Below, piece after piece: positions 38,333 through 47,273 of a stretch of 64,000 nucleotides of DNA. The stretch spans positions 1 to 64,000 of the IMG/VR virus record IMGVR_UViG_3300037462_000828; one strand, given 5' to 3'. Position 1 is the first letter of the stretch, and the number at the start of each line of letters is the position of its first letter. A model generated the notes under the pieces. That model worked only from the letters and a program-made list of their open reading frames with translations, was not told the DNA's origin and made no database searches. A program made the translations under genes and the position numbers. The DNA is from a virus.

Positions 38333-38790
38333 CCGAACGGGCAGCTCTCGGGCGCTGGCTCGACGCCGAGTTCGTCGCACGCGTCAAGGATGGCCTGGTG
38401 TTGGCAGCACGCTTCGGTAAACCGGGCCGTGGCCGCTTGGGCCGACCGGTCGGCCTCCTCGGCGTCGCGGCCCGAACGCTTGGCGAGGTTGGCGACGAGG
38501 TCGAGTACGGCGAGCAGCGGCTCGTCGTTGCGATCGGATCCCCACGCGTGCGCAACGCCCGACGCGACGATCGCCGGGCCCTGCTCGTCCTCGGGGCAAT
38601 GGCCATCGAACGTTTCGACCAGTTCGGCGACGTACTGGCCCGACGAGCCCGGCGCCCCCGGGTCGAGCAGCCGAAGCTCGAACGAGCGCCCCGTGTAGGC
38701 CGACTCAACGGCGCGCTCGAGCACGGCGATGGCCTTGCCGAGGCCGCGCACCCGGCCCTCGACGGGGGCCGTTCGGTAGGCGGGTATCAT
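38329..38790 (-). CDS. hypothetical protein
   Basis: Coupled ORF. Confidence 0.55.
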   Translation of the reverse strand: MIPAYRTAPVEGRVRGLGKAIAVLERAVESAYTGRSFELRLLDPGAPGSSGQYVAELVETFDGHCPEDEQGPAIVASGVAHAWGSDRNDEPLLAVLDLVANLAKRSGRDAEEADRSAQAATARFTEACCQHQAILDACDELGVEPAPESCPFG

Positions 38791-39431
38791 GGCGCGGCCT
38801 CGGGCGTGCGCGGCAGGACGGCGGTCCTCCCGGCGGCGTACGTCGCGGCCTTCGCCTCGCAGCGGCCGGCAAGGTAGCGCGCCGCCTCGTCGAGGGCGGA
38901 GAGCGAGCCGTCGTTGCGCACGACGACGTCGAAGATCGCGTCGGGCAGATCGCCGAGTTCGCGCTCGCTTTGGTGCGCGCCGGCGTCGCCCGCGAGCCCG
39001 GCCCCGGGCCGGACGATCCGAACGAGCAGGGCGCCGACGTCGGCGAACGCGAAGAGTTCGTTTTGAAAGCGCGCGTCGTCGAAGACGAGAAGGCCCGCGC
39101 CGCCGGCGGGCTCGTCGGCCTCGGCCATGCGGCGGGCGGCGTCGATCCAGACCCGCGGGTAGATCTGCCGGCCGACCTCGGTGCCGAGCTTCTGAAGCGC
39201 CTCGCGCGGCGTCAGGCACGTGCCGTCGGCGCGGGGGAAGCGCGGGTCGGGCCGGTTTCTCGCCTCGCTCGGGCCGTAGAGCTGCGCGTGCGAGAAGCCG
39301 AAGACAATCGCCGCCGCTTGCTTGAGCGGCGCCGCGAACGACGACCGAAGAAAGCCGTGGTTGCGTACGAGGGCGGTCGCGAGCGTGCTTTTGCCGGCGC
39401 CGGCGGCACCGGACAAGAGAATGACCTTCAT
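38787..39431 (-). CDS. deoxynucleoside monophosphate kinase (T4 gp1/T5 dnk-like)
   Basis: GAAGAGKST P-loop; FAAPLK, TPREALQKLGTE, DARFQNE and HQSE motifs. Confidence 0.9.
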   Translation of the reverse strand: MKVILLSGAAGAGKSTLATALVRNHGFLRSSFAAPLKQAAAIVFGFSHAQLYGPSEARNRPDPRFPRADGTCLTPREALQKLGTEVGRQIYPRVWIDAARRMAEADEPAGGAGLLVFDDARFQNELFAFADVGALLVRIVRPGAGLAGDAGAHQSERELGDLPDAIFDVVVRNDGSLSALDEAARYLAGRCEAKAATYAAGRTAVLPRTPEAAP

Positions 39432-39692
39432 GACTTGAACCTCACCCTTTCGTTGACGGCCGCGAGCACGCTCGCGACCAGCGGCCAGAACCCGCGCGCG
39501 GGGTAGGCCATGACCTCGAACCGTTCGTCGACGCCGGTGACCAGGCACCGGCCGCGGCACGCCTGGGGCATCGCCTCGCCCGGGTCGCGCGCGCCGACGC
39601 CCTCGATTTCGGCCTCGCCGAGCACTTCGTCGAGGGCCTCGACGCCGCCGGGCCGCAGAATGACTTTGACGATGATCATCTCGCGTGGCCTT

Positions 39693-40613
39693 TCAAAACT
39701 CTAGAACTTCGTTGACCGGCTCGGCCGCGCGCGGCCGCAGCGGCGCGGGCCGGTAGCCTGCTGTTACGACGACCTCGAGCACGTCGCCGCGCGCGTCGGC
39801 GTCCGCGGCGATCGAGCGGGGGGCGGGCAGGGGCTCGACCCGAAACGGGTGCCCGGCGTACCAGCCCGTGACCTTCTCGGTCAGACCGTTCGAGGCCATG
39901 ACCTTCGCGCCCCGGCCGGCGGCGGCGCGCAGGGCCGCGGCGAGCCGCGCTTGGTCCTTGTCGCCGAACCCCTCGGCGGTGTACGCGGTGAACGATTTCT
40001 TGCCCGGCGGCGCGTCGTAGGGCGGGTCAGCGTAGACGAAATCGCCGGCCCGCGCCGCCGCGACGGTCGCGTCGAACGGGCAGCAGACGAGTTCGGCGCG
40101 CGTGCGGCGCAGGGCGTCGGAGCAGGCGTAAAGGTTCGCCTCGCCGAGGTCGGGGGGGAGCCGCTTTTTCCCCCAGGGCGTGTTCATCCGGCCGTCCCCC
40201 TTGTTGACCCGATAGAGCCCGTTGTAGCAAAGCCGGTTGAGGAAGATCATCCGGCCGGCGACCTCGCCCGGCTCGAGCGCATCGGGGTCGAGAGCGCGCG
40301 CGGCGTAGTAGTCGGCCTCGGCGATGACAACCCCCTCGGGGGCGAAGCGGCGGAAGGCGTTGGCGACGCCCGAGGGGTCGTCGCGCACGGCCTCGTAGGT
40401 CGTGACGAGTTCTCTGTTCGCGTCGGCGAGCAGGGGGCGCCGGCCGTCGAGCCGGCCCTGCGCGGCGAGCTCCCAAAAGAGGGCGCCCCCGCCGAGGAAG
40501 GGCTCGACGTAGCGGCCGCGCCAGCCACCGCGCGGCAGGCGCGCGAGGAGCGACGGCATGAGGCCGCGCTTGCCGCCGGGCCAGCGCAGGAAGGGCTCGG
40601 GGCGGGCGGTCAT
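39693..40613 (-). CDS. dam: Dam-family DNA adenine methyltransferase (D12 class)
   Basis: LRWPGGK, EPFLGGG, LNRLCYNGLYRVN and YADPPY motifs. Confidence 0.92.
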   Translation of the reverse strand: MTARPEPFLRWPGGKRGLMPSLLARLPRGGWRGRYVEPFLGGGALFWELAAQGRLDGRRPLLADANRELVTTYEAVRDDPSGVANAFRRFAPEGVVIAEADYYAARALDPDALEPGEVAGRMIFLNRLCYNGLYRVNKGDGRMNTPWGKKRLPPDLGEANLYACSDALRRTRAELVCCPFDATVAAARAGDFVYADPPYDAPPGKKSFTAYTAEGFGDKDQARLAAALRAAAGRGAKVMASNGLTEKVTGWYAGHPFRVEPLPAPRSIAADADARGDVLEVVVTAGYRPAPLRPRAAEPVNEVLEF

Positions 40614-40860
40614 TCGGGCGCGCCGACGTTCTTGCACTGCTCGGTTCGCTCGCGCTCGACCTCTTCGAGCGCGCCGCGGGCGCAGCGCAGGGCGGTCTTG
40701 AGCCGGTCGACGGCCAGGCGGGCGCGCTTGACGCGTTCGGCGGCGCTCGGGTGAACGCGCTTGTGCGTTCGGTTGACGACGTCTAGATCGCGGCTCGCCA
40801 AGAACGCCGCGCTGGCCGCGCGACCGGCGAGTTCCGACGCGTTTGGGTTCGGGTCTGGTT

Positions 40861-41649
40861 TCACGCAGCCTTCTTTCTCGAGGCCTTGGGCTTCGGGGCG
40901 CGCTTGGCTTTCGGCTCGGCCGGGCGCGCGACCCGATCGGCGAGCACCTCGTGCGGGGCGACGACGATGACCTTGACGCGCGCGCCGAAGTGCGCCGCGT
41001 CGACGCGGCGGATCGGGTTGAACCCGGCGATGCGTCGGTCGTCGGGAAACGCCCACCCGTTGAGCCCGTCCCCGATCGCCTTGAACACGTTGTCGAGATC
41101 GGCGTTGTCGGCGGCAAGCGTTACGTCGGCCTCGACGAAGTAGCGCGCGCGGGGGTCACGCCAGCCGCCGGGGGGCCAGCCCGAGAAGGCCATCGCGGCG
41201 GCGGCCGACGCGCGCACGGCGGCCTCGTAGTCGAGCGTGCGCTTCGGCGTGTAGGTGAGCGACCCGCCGCGCACGACCCGCGGGCGCTCTTTGGCGACGG
41301 GGCGCGCCTCGACGACGAAGTCGAGCGTGGCCAATCCCAGGCCGAGAGCACGGGCTTGCTTGTGGAGGCCGGCGCGCTCGTAGGTCGGGGCCCAGTCGCC
41401 GAGCGGCCAGGCGAACCGAGGATCGGTCGACGCGCGCAGGGCGGGCACGCCGGGCGGCGGGGCGGGCTTGGCTGGCCGGCGTCGTCGCTTGCCATTCGCG
41501 CCGCCCTTGCGGGCCCGCGGCGGCCCCTTGGCAGGCGCCGCCTTGGCCGGACGGGCCGGAGGGCGGCCGCCGGTCAAGAGGGCCGCGGCGGCGTCGCCGT
41601 GGCTCTTGCGCACGGCCTCGACGAGATGAAGGGAAGGTGGGCGCCTCAC
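40861..41649 (-). CDS. rusA: RusA-like Holliday junction resolvase with basic N-terminal extension
   Basis: P..KERPR...YTPK.T..YE and DLDNVFKAIGDGLN...DD motifs. Confidence 0.85.
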   Translation of the reverse strand: MRRPPSLHLVEAVRKSHGDAAAALLTGGRPPARPAKAAPAKGPPRARKGGANGKRRRRPAKPAPPPGVPALRASTDPRFAWPLGDWAPTYERAGLHKQARALGLGLATLDFVVEARPVAKERPRVVRGGSLTYTPKRTLDYEAAVRASAAAAMAFSGWPPGGWRDPRARYFVEADVTLAADNADLDNVFKAIGDGLNGWAFPDDRRIAGFNPIRRVDAAHFGARVKVIVVAPHEVLADRVARPAEPKAKRAPKPKASRKKAA

Positions 41650-42152
41650 GGCCGGCGCCCCCGAGCCGCCGACACAAAAACGGGGCTGGCCGCGCGTCGC
41701 TTTTCGTCGTCGATGCGCCGGCCCTGGCGCGCTCGGTAGTTGAGGCGCTCGATCAGCCGGTCGAGTTCGGCCACGCCTTCGAGCACGTCGGCGAGTCGGA
41801 CCTTGCCGCCGTGCTTGTCGTCGGCGTCGACGTCTCTTAGCCGGTGCCCCATCATCTCGAGCCACGCCCCCGTAGGCAGGCCGTCGGCGAGGGCGAAGAT
41901 CTCCTCGAGTACGGCGGCGTCGACCGGGACCGTCGGACGGCCGAGGAACGGGTCGGCGATGATTTCGCGCAGGCCAGGAGGGTAGAGCTCGGCCTCGGCC
42001 TCGCGCGCGAGGTGCCGTACCTGGGCCATCGTCTCGGGCTTCGGCTGCGGGCCGGGCGGCGAGACCCGGCCCACGCCGTGGCAGACGTCGCAAGGCACCT
42101 CGGCCTTGTGACCTTTGCCGCCGCAAAACTGGCAAGCGACGAGGGCGGTCAC
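41646..42152 (-). CDS. hypothetical protein with DnaJ-type Zn finger
   Basis: CQFCGGKG...CDVCHGVG. Confidence 0.6.
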   Translation of the reverse strand: MTALVACQFCGGKGHKAEVPCDVCHGVGRVSPPGPQPKPETMAQVRHLAREAEAELYPPGLREIIADPFLGRPTVPVDAAVLEEIFALADGLPTGAWLEMMGHRLRDVDADDKHGGKVRLADVLEGVAELDRLIERLNYRARQGRRIDDEKRRAASPVFVSAARGRRP

Positions 42153-42399
42153 GACAGCCTCCGGTTTGCCCGGTAGACGATCCACCGGCGGTGCCGAGAC
42201 GAGCCGCCCTCCCAAAACGGGTAGCTCATCGCGTCGATCCAGTGCACCGACGCCCACTCGGCCCGGCCCCGTAGCCGGCGCTTCGCCGCGGCCAAGGCCG
42301 ACCGGAAGCGACGGTACACGCGCGGCAGCGTCGCGCCGTCGACGGCGACGCGCCAGCGGCCAAGGCCGCGGCGCGAGCACGAGAGTTTCGCGCGGCCGC

Positions 42400-42615
42400 T
42401 CATGCGGGCACCGCCGAGACTTCGCAGAGGCGCGCCCGGCGATCGCGGGCTCGGCGCACGATCTGGCAGATGCGGGCCGCCGTTACCCCGAGTTCGGCCG
42501 CCACCTCGACCTGTTTCTTGCCGCCCTCGACGGCGGCGAGAACGCGCGCGTCGCGCTCGATCGCCTCGGCGACGGTCGACGGGCGCGGGCAGGCCATGCT
42601 GAGGGGCGCGCTCAT
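42400..42615 (-). CDS. small HTH protein (sigma region 4-like)
   Basis: G.KQ.EVAAELGVT..RI.QI helix-turn-helix. Confidence 0.75.
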   Translation of the reverse strand: MSAPLSMACPRPSTVAEAIERDARVLAAVEGGKKQVEVAAELGVTAARICQIVRRARDRRARLCEVSAVPA

Positions 42616-43120
42616 CGGACGACCTCGTAGACAACGGCGCCGCCGGCGGTGCGCTCGCCGCGGCAGGTCGACCCGCACGGGACGACGCGGCCCGGGCCGC
42701 GCGGGGGGCGCAGCCGCGACTCGACGGCGCTTAGCCAAACGCCGCCGCCCGCGTCCTCGTAGAGGTTGCGCGGCGCGCTCGGGCTCGACGCCCGAAGGCG
42801 CCCCCCGGACGGGGGGAGTCGTAGCCCCCGGGCCCTCGGGCAACGTAGAACCGCGGCGCCTCGGCGCCCCTTCTCGCTCTCGACCATATCGACCGCTCCT
42901 TTGCCGGCGCGCCCGCGCGCGCCCTCCGGTAAGGGTGACGGCCGACCGGGGGCGGCGCGTAAGGGCGCAAGCGCCCGGGCACCGACGAAACTCTACGGCC
43001 CGGCGGGTCGCTCGCCTCGCCGCCGGCCGAAGGGGGCCGGGCTCGGCGGCGGACGACAAAACGCCGACGCCCCGAGTCAGCGCTCGGGGCGTCGCGCAGG
43101 CGGCGGTGTCTCCCGGGCCG

Positions 43121-43522
43121 CTAGCCCGGGCTTGAGACGAGGGGCGTGACGTCGATCGTCGGCGCGTCGTGGTCGTCGTCGGGCTCGTCGGTCGTGCGGA
43201 ACGGCGGCGGCGCGATCGCGTTTGCCGCGGCGTGAAGCGGCGAGAGCCCGCAAAACGTGCGCTCGTTGCGCGGCACGTCGTCGTCATGGCGCCCGACCGT
43301 AATCGACGGTGACTTGGCGCGCGCCTCGGCGATGAGGGCGTCGCTCTGCCGCGAGAGCCGGGCGGCGCGCGCCGCTTCGGCCTCTGCCAGTTTGCGCCAC
43401 CAGCGCGCCTCGCCCCGGGCGAAGAGCAGCGCGCGCTCGGCGGCGACGCGCCGGCGGCGGTCGTCGAGCACGACGGCGAAAAGACCCCAGAGCACGAAAA
43501 ACGCAAGGCCGACGTAGATCAT
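43121..43522 (-). CDS. membrane-anchored hypothetical protein
   Basis: N-terminal TM helix followed by a coiled-coil. Confidence 0.55.
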   Translation of the reverse strand: MIYVGLAFFVLWGLFAVVLDDRRRRVAAERALLFARGEARWWRKLAEAEAARAARLSRQSDALIAEARAKSPSITVGRHDDDVPRNERTFCGLSPLHAAANAIAPPPFRTTDEPDDDHDAPTIDVTPLVSSPG

Positions 43523-43607
43523 GGTTCCCAACCTTCCCTCTTGCGGGGGCGCCGAGCGCGCCCGCGTCTTTTGCCAACGGCCGCGCGGCGCGGCCCCTAA
43601 GTGCGTC

Positions 43608-43886
43608 TCAGCGATCGGCCTCGACGGCCGCGAGGGCCGCCTCGCGCGTCGGGTAGTACCCGTTTTTCGACCCGGGCAGATTGTCGTAGGCGTGGTGCGG
43701 GCACGGGCTGCCGCCGCCCCCGAAGAACTCGGCGCGCCAGGCGCCGACGAACAGCCCGTCGGCGGACGAGACGACCCAGTACGTTCGGCCGTCGGCGCGG
43801 GCGTAGACCTCGCCGGTTGACCAGTCGCGGAAGACCTTCGTGCCGGACGCGGGCGCCGACGCGTGGTCGCATTTCGTTGCCTTCAT
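43608..43886 (-). CDS. small early orphan protein
   Basis: ATG abuts the 3' end of hairpin H5. Confidence 0.6.
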   Translation of the reverse strand: MKATKCDHASAPASGTKVFRDWSTGEVYARADGRTYWVVSSADGLFVGAWRAEFFGGGGSPCPHHAYDNLPGSKNGYYPTREAALAAVEADR

Positions 43887-43936
43887 AACGCCCGAAGCCC
43901 CCGGGCGCCGGTCAAGGCACGCGGGGGCCGGGCGTC
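43887..43936 (-). repeat. intergenic hairpin repeat H5
   Basis: GACGCCCG-GCCCCCGCGTGCC-loop-GGCGCCCGGGGGC-TT-CGGGCGTT. Confidence 0.85.
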
Positions 43937-43948
43937 GGGCGGGATCGG

Positions 43949-44248
43949 TCAGAAGGCCTTGCCCTCGACGATAAGGATCGTTTCGTCGGCGACCCGGTCA
44001 ACTTCCTCGGCGAGGTCGCTCCCGTCGGCCTCGACGGAGCCGCACGGGTGCACGACCAACTCGCCCACCGTCGGGCCGTCCGCTCCCTCTTTGCGAAGCA
44101 AAACCGCGAAGCGAGGCGACCGGGCGGCGCGCGCGTCGGCCTCGGGGTCCCAGCCGACGCGCGCGGTGGCGCCGATCTTGGCGGCGGCGAGCACAACGGC
44201 GATGAGGCTATCTTTGGCGACGCGGGTAGGCTTGGAAACGGTCGACAT
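43949..44248 (-). CDS. small early orphan protein
   Basis: AGGAG SD. Confidence 0.65.
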   Translation of the reverse strand: MSTVSKPTRVAKDSLIAVVLAAAKIGATARVGWDPEADARAARSPRFAVLLRKEGADGPTVGELVVHPCGSVEADGSDLAEEVDRVADETILIVEGKAF

Positions 44249-44287
44249 GGGGGTCTATCTCCTGCGCGGTTCGGGGGGGGTGTCGGT

Positions 44288-44455
44288 TCAGGTCAGGCCG
44301 GGGTCGTAGGCGGAGACCCACGCGTCGGCGCCGGCTTCGTCCCACGGTCGGCCGAGAAAGGCCGCGTCGCGCTCCGTCCGGTAGGCGCCGAGGGCCTCGG
44401 CCTCTTCGGGCGACTCGCGGTGGCTCACGTCGTCAATCGGGTCGTAGGTCGTCAC
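44288..44455 (-). CDS. small acidic protein, first gene after promoter PC
   Basis: GTG start; D/E-rich, 55 aa. Confidence 0.5.
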   Translation of the reverse strand: MTTYDPIDDVSHRESPEEAEALGAYRTERDAAFLGRPWDEAGADAWVSAYDPGLT

Positions 44456-44481
44456 GGTCGGCTGCTCGTTCGGTTCGTCGG

Positions 44482-44535
44482 GGGTCTTGCCCGCCGACAA
44501 CCAAAACCTACGACCGAGTGCCGTACTTGTAAAGG
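44482..44535 (-). promoter_or_regulatory. early promoter PC (TTTACA-N17-TAGGTT) with operator and 5' stem-loop
   Basis: Repeat family member. Confidence 0.88.
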
Positions 44536-44622
44536 GGGCGCCCGTGCGATTGTTGCGGCGAGGCTTCTTTCGGCCCTGGCGTCGCTACCGCGTCGAGGCG
44601 ATTCCCGGGCCGGCGAGCGAGG

Positions 44623-45066
44623 TCAAGGGCTGGGCGTCTCGCCCCCGCCCCCGGTATCCCAACCAAGCAAGAACCGCCCGACAGGAGGGCGGGGCGGGAC
44701 GACTACCTGCCGCAGTTCCCACTCGGGCGCGGCCGTAACGTCGATCTGGTCGACGACCTGACGGGCGATCTCGCCCGCCTCCCTCAGGTAGATCGTGGCA
44801 TCGAAGCGCAGCCATATGGCCCTCTCGGGCCCCAGCCTGGGGAGAGAGAGACGGGCGATCGATCGGTCGGCCCAGCCGACACGCCGAGTAGCGTCGGCCA
44901 ACTTCTCGATCGCCCAGGCCCTCGCCGGCCCGGTCTCCCGGCCGCGCACCTCGCGTTCCAGAGATGCCGCAGAGCACCTCGCGAGGTGCTCTTGGGCACA
45001 CTCGATCATTCCCGCGGCGTGGAGCCGCAACTCCCAAATCTCCGGCCAGTTCTTGTCGTGTTGCAT
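44623..45066 (-). CDS. hypothetical protein
   Basis: AGGAG SD before ATG. Confidence 0.55.
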   Translation of the reverse strand: MQHDKNWPEIWELRLHAAGMIECAQEHLARCSAASLEREVRGRETGPARAWAIEKLADATRRVGWADRSIARLSLPRLGPERAIWLRFDATIYLREAGEIARQVVDQIDVTAAPEWELRQVVVPPRPPVGRFLLGWDTGGGGETPSP

Positions 45067-45177
45067 CTTCTCTCCTCGCCGGCATCGCCGGCATCGCCGG
45101 ATGTCGTGGTTGCGGCCGAGCCGCGCCGTCGAGGCCCCACGCGGGGGCGCCGGCGGCGGGGAGCGCCCGCGCTCGGG

Positions 45178-45723
45178 TCAGCCGAGGCGGGGGATCAGCG
45201 CGTTGACCGACTCCCACACCAGCGCGGCCGGGGCGTAAAAACGCACGGGCTCGCCGACCGAGCCCCGACGGCGGTCGACCCGCACGCCGGCGTCGCGCAG
45301 GGCGACGAGCAGGGCGCGCGAGTGGCTCGCCGCGTCGCGGGCGGCGTAGTCGATCGCGTCCGATAGGCTCGGCGTCGACGCGCCCCACGGCGCTTGCTCC
45401 TTCAGCCCGCACCACGCGGCGATCTCGGGCCACTCGGCCCAGCCGCGGCCGGCGCGCCAACGGCCGGCGAGGACAACGAGCGTGTACGCGAGGCCGAGCC
45501 CCTCGTAGTCGACGCCGCCTCGGCCGGGCCCGAGGTCGGCGAGGGCGTCGCCGTCGTCGGTCGCGTGGTAGTCGTCGACCGTGCAGATAAAAAAGTCGTT
45601 GACGCACCCGGTGTCGCGCAAGGCGATCATCGCCTCGGCGCGCTCGGCGGCCGAGGCCGGGCGGCCCTCTCGGATGTGGGTCAGGGGAACGTCGCGCCAG
45701 CTGGGGTTCTTGGTCTTCGGCAT
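45178..45723 (-). CDS. early orphan protein
   Basis: Start lies just downstream of H6. Confidence 0.65.
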   Translation of the reverse strand: MPKTKNPSWRDVPLTHIREGRPASAAERAEAMIALRDTGCVNDFFICTVDDYHATDDGDALADLGPGRGGVDYEGLGLAYTLVVLAGRWRAGRGWAEWPEIAAWCGLKEQAPWGASTPSLSDAIDYAARDAASHSRALLVALRDAGVRVDRRRGSVGEPVRFYAPAALVWESVNALIPRLG

Positions 45724-45733
45724 GGGGTGGTCT

Positions 45734-45776
45734 CTCACGCGGCAAAGCCCCCGGGCGCTTGCGCACGCGGGGGCGG
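45734..45776 (-). repeat. intergenic hairpin repeat H6 (identical to H1)
   Basis: 43/43 match to 32330-32372. Confidence 0.9.
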
Positions 45777-45793
45777 TTCAAAGGGTCGGGCGG

Positions 45794-45961
45794 CTATTGC
45801 GCGCGTGTAAAAAGAACGATGTTGTCGAGCCGCGTGACGGCTCGCCAGGGCTTCGGGGTCTGCCCAGGATAGCCACGGAACCGGCGAAGCGTTGGGCGTG
45901 CCTGCAAAATTATGCCGGCGTCCGCGTCGTGCCAAACCAAAAGCCGAGTCGTTCGCTTCAT
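45794..45961 (-). CDS. small basic early protein (55 aa)
   Basis: GGAGGGTAAGACGATG start context nearly identical to that of the gene starting at 32950. Confidence 0.65.
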   Translation of the reverse strand: MKRTTRLLVWHDADAGIILQARPTLRRFRGYPGQTPKPWRAVTRLDNIVLFTRAQ

Positions 45962-45993
45962 CGTCTTACCCTCCGAAGCGCCATCGGGCGCCC

Positions 45994-46036
45994 CTAACGC
46001 CCGAAGCCCCAGGCTTTCGCTCTGTGGCGGGGCGTC
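45994..46036 (-). repeat. intergenic hairpin repeat H7
   Basis: GACGCCCC-GCCACAG-A-GC-GAAA-GC-CTGGGGC-TTCGGGCGTTAG. Confidence 0.85.
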
Positions 46037-46059
46037 GGTCGGGCCCCCCGGCCCGCCTT

Positions 46060-46182
46060 TCAGAAGTCGTCGTCTTCGTCGGCGTCGTAGGTCCCGAGGC
46101 CCTGAAGGCTCTCGTCGAGGGCCTTCCAAGCCTCGATCTCTTTGAGGCTCTTTTCGGCGCGTTCTTTTTCGGAGGCGTTCAT
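46060..46182 (-). CDS. 40-aa acidic peptide MNASEKERAEKSLKEIEAWKALDESLQGLGTYDADEDDDF (not in the ORF track)
   Basis: Manual translation; purine-rich upstream region and ACCCCATG context; first ORF after promoter PD. Confidence 0.7.
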   Translation of the reverse strand: MNASEKERAEKSLKEIEAWKALDESLQGLGTYDADEDDDF

Positions 46183-46207
46183 GGGGTCGGTCTCTTTCGT
46201 TCGGCGG

Positions 46208-46264
46208 CGGCGGTCTCGCCCGCCGACAACGAGAACCTACGACCGAGTGGCGTACTTGTAAAGG
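46208..46264 (-). promoter_or_regulatory. early promoter PD (TTTACA-N17-TAGGTT) with operator and 5' stem-loop
   Basis: Repeat family member. Confidence 0.88.
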
Positions 46265-46272
46265 CCTGCCGA

Positions 46273-46728
46273 TCAAAAAGGCAAATCGAGGCCGAAAAAC
46301 CACGTCAGCGGCAGGGCCGACCCCTTGCCGTGGTTGCAGTCGCCGCAGGCGGGGGCGACGTTGCTCGGGTCGTTCGGCCCGCCTGCGGCGAGGGGGTAGA
46401 CGTGCTCGAGTTCGAGGGGCACGCCAGAGGCGCCGCACCACCCGCAGCGGTGACCGAAGAGGTCGAGCAGGCCCCGCCAGTCGGCCGCCGCGAGCGTGCC
46501 GCCGACGCCCGCGCGCCGGGCCCGCGCGCCGGCCCGCGTGACCTGCTTTCGCTCGAGGTACTTCGCCTTGTGCTTGCGCTCGGAGGCGACCACTTGGCCG
46601 GTCTTGCAGGCCTTGCAGCGCGAATCGAGGCCGTCGTAGGTTCCCGCCTTGCGGTGAAAGGGCCCGGCCCCGCCGCATTGCCTACACGCCTTCGTCGGGA
46701 CCGCCGCCACCGCGCACGCTGCCGTCAT
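46273..46728 (-). CDS. HNH endonuclease with N-terminal Zn finger
   Basis: CGWCG...EHVYPL..GG.N..SN..PAC..CN..K. Confidence 0.9.
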   Translation of the reverse strand: MTAACAVAAVPTKACRQCGGAGPFHRKAGTYDGLDSRCKACKTGQVVASERKHKAKYLERKQVTRAGARARRAGVGGTLAAADWRGLLDLFGHRCGWCGASGVPLELEHVYPLAAGGPNDPSNVAPACGDCNHGKGSALPLTWFFGLDLPF

Positions 46729-47273
46729 GCCCGAAGGCAACGGCCGAACCCGACGGCGGCTAAGGGCGGCCGACGAAGAACGGCGCCGAGCGCCTCGGCG
46801 GCGGCGCGTACGAGCGGGTGCGCCGCGAGCGCCTCGAGCGCCTCGGGGTCGGCCGCCGCGGTCTCGACGCGCTCGCCGGGGGCGGGGCGCTCGCCCTCGT
46901 AGACCGCGCCGAGCTTGACGAGCACGCGGGCGAGCGAGCCGCGGTGGCACCGCTCGGGCCCCGGGCAGTGGCAGAGCAGCGTCACCTCGGGCCGGGCGAG
47001 CAGCGCGGCGAAGGGGCCCCGGTCGGCCCGGTAGCGGGCGCGGAGCTCGGCGAGGTAGGCGGCCTCGTAGCGGGCCCAATCGGCGTCGGCCTCGGCCGAC
47101 GAGCGGCGCTGGCGGCGCCGGGCGAGGTACGGCCGGAGGAGCCCCCACGACGGGGCGAAGACGACGCCAAGCGGGTGAGCCCCGGCCCTCGAGACGTCGA
47201 GCCCGTCCTCGGCCCGGTAGGCGCCGACGCGGCCCGTAAAGACGCGGCAGGGGGCCGGGGCGGCTTCGGCCAT
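46725..47273 (-). CDS. DUF488-like protein
   Basis: FAPS..LL...W..Y...Y..E and TLLC.C...RCHR motifs. Confidence 0.7.
   Translation of the reverse strand: MAEAAPAPCRVFTGRVGAYRAEDGLDVSRAGAHPLGVVFAPSWGLLRPYLARRRQRRSSAEADADWARYEAAYLAELRARYRADRGPFAALLARPEVTLLCHCPGPERCHRGSLARVLVKLGAVYEGERPAPGERVETAAADPEALEALAAHPLVRAAAEALGAVLRRPPLAAVGFGRCLRA

Noticed and set aside
32330-46036. H hairpins as integron attC sites
   Set aside because: A GCCTAAC occurs before H1 and GTTAG ends H2 and H7, but no copy has a paired RYYYAAC/GTTRRRY set and no tyrosine recombinase is seen in the window.
33370-46230. Repeated 'MSAG(E/K)T' N-termini in the ORF track as a shared leader peptide or leaderless TTG start
   Set aside because: They come from the conserved promoter leader. 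The TTG is in frame with the downstream gene only for PA and PC, not PB or PD.
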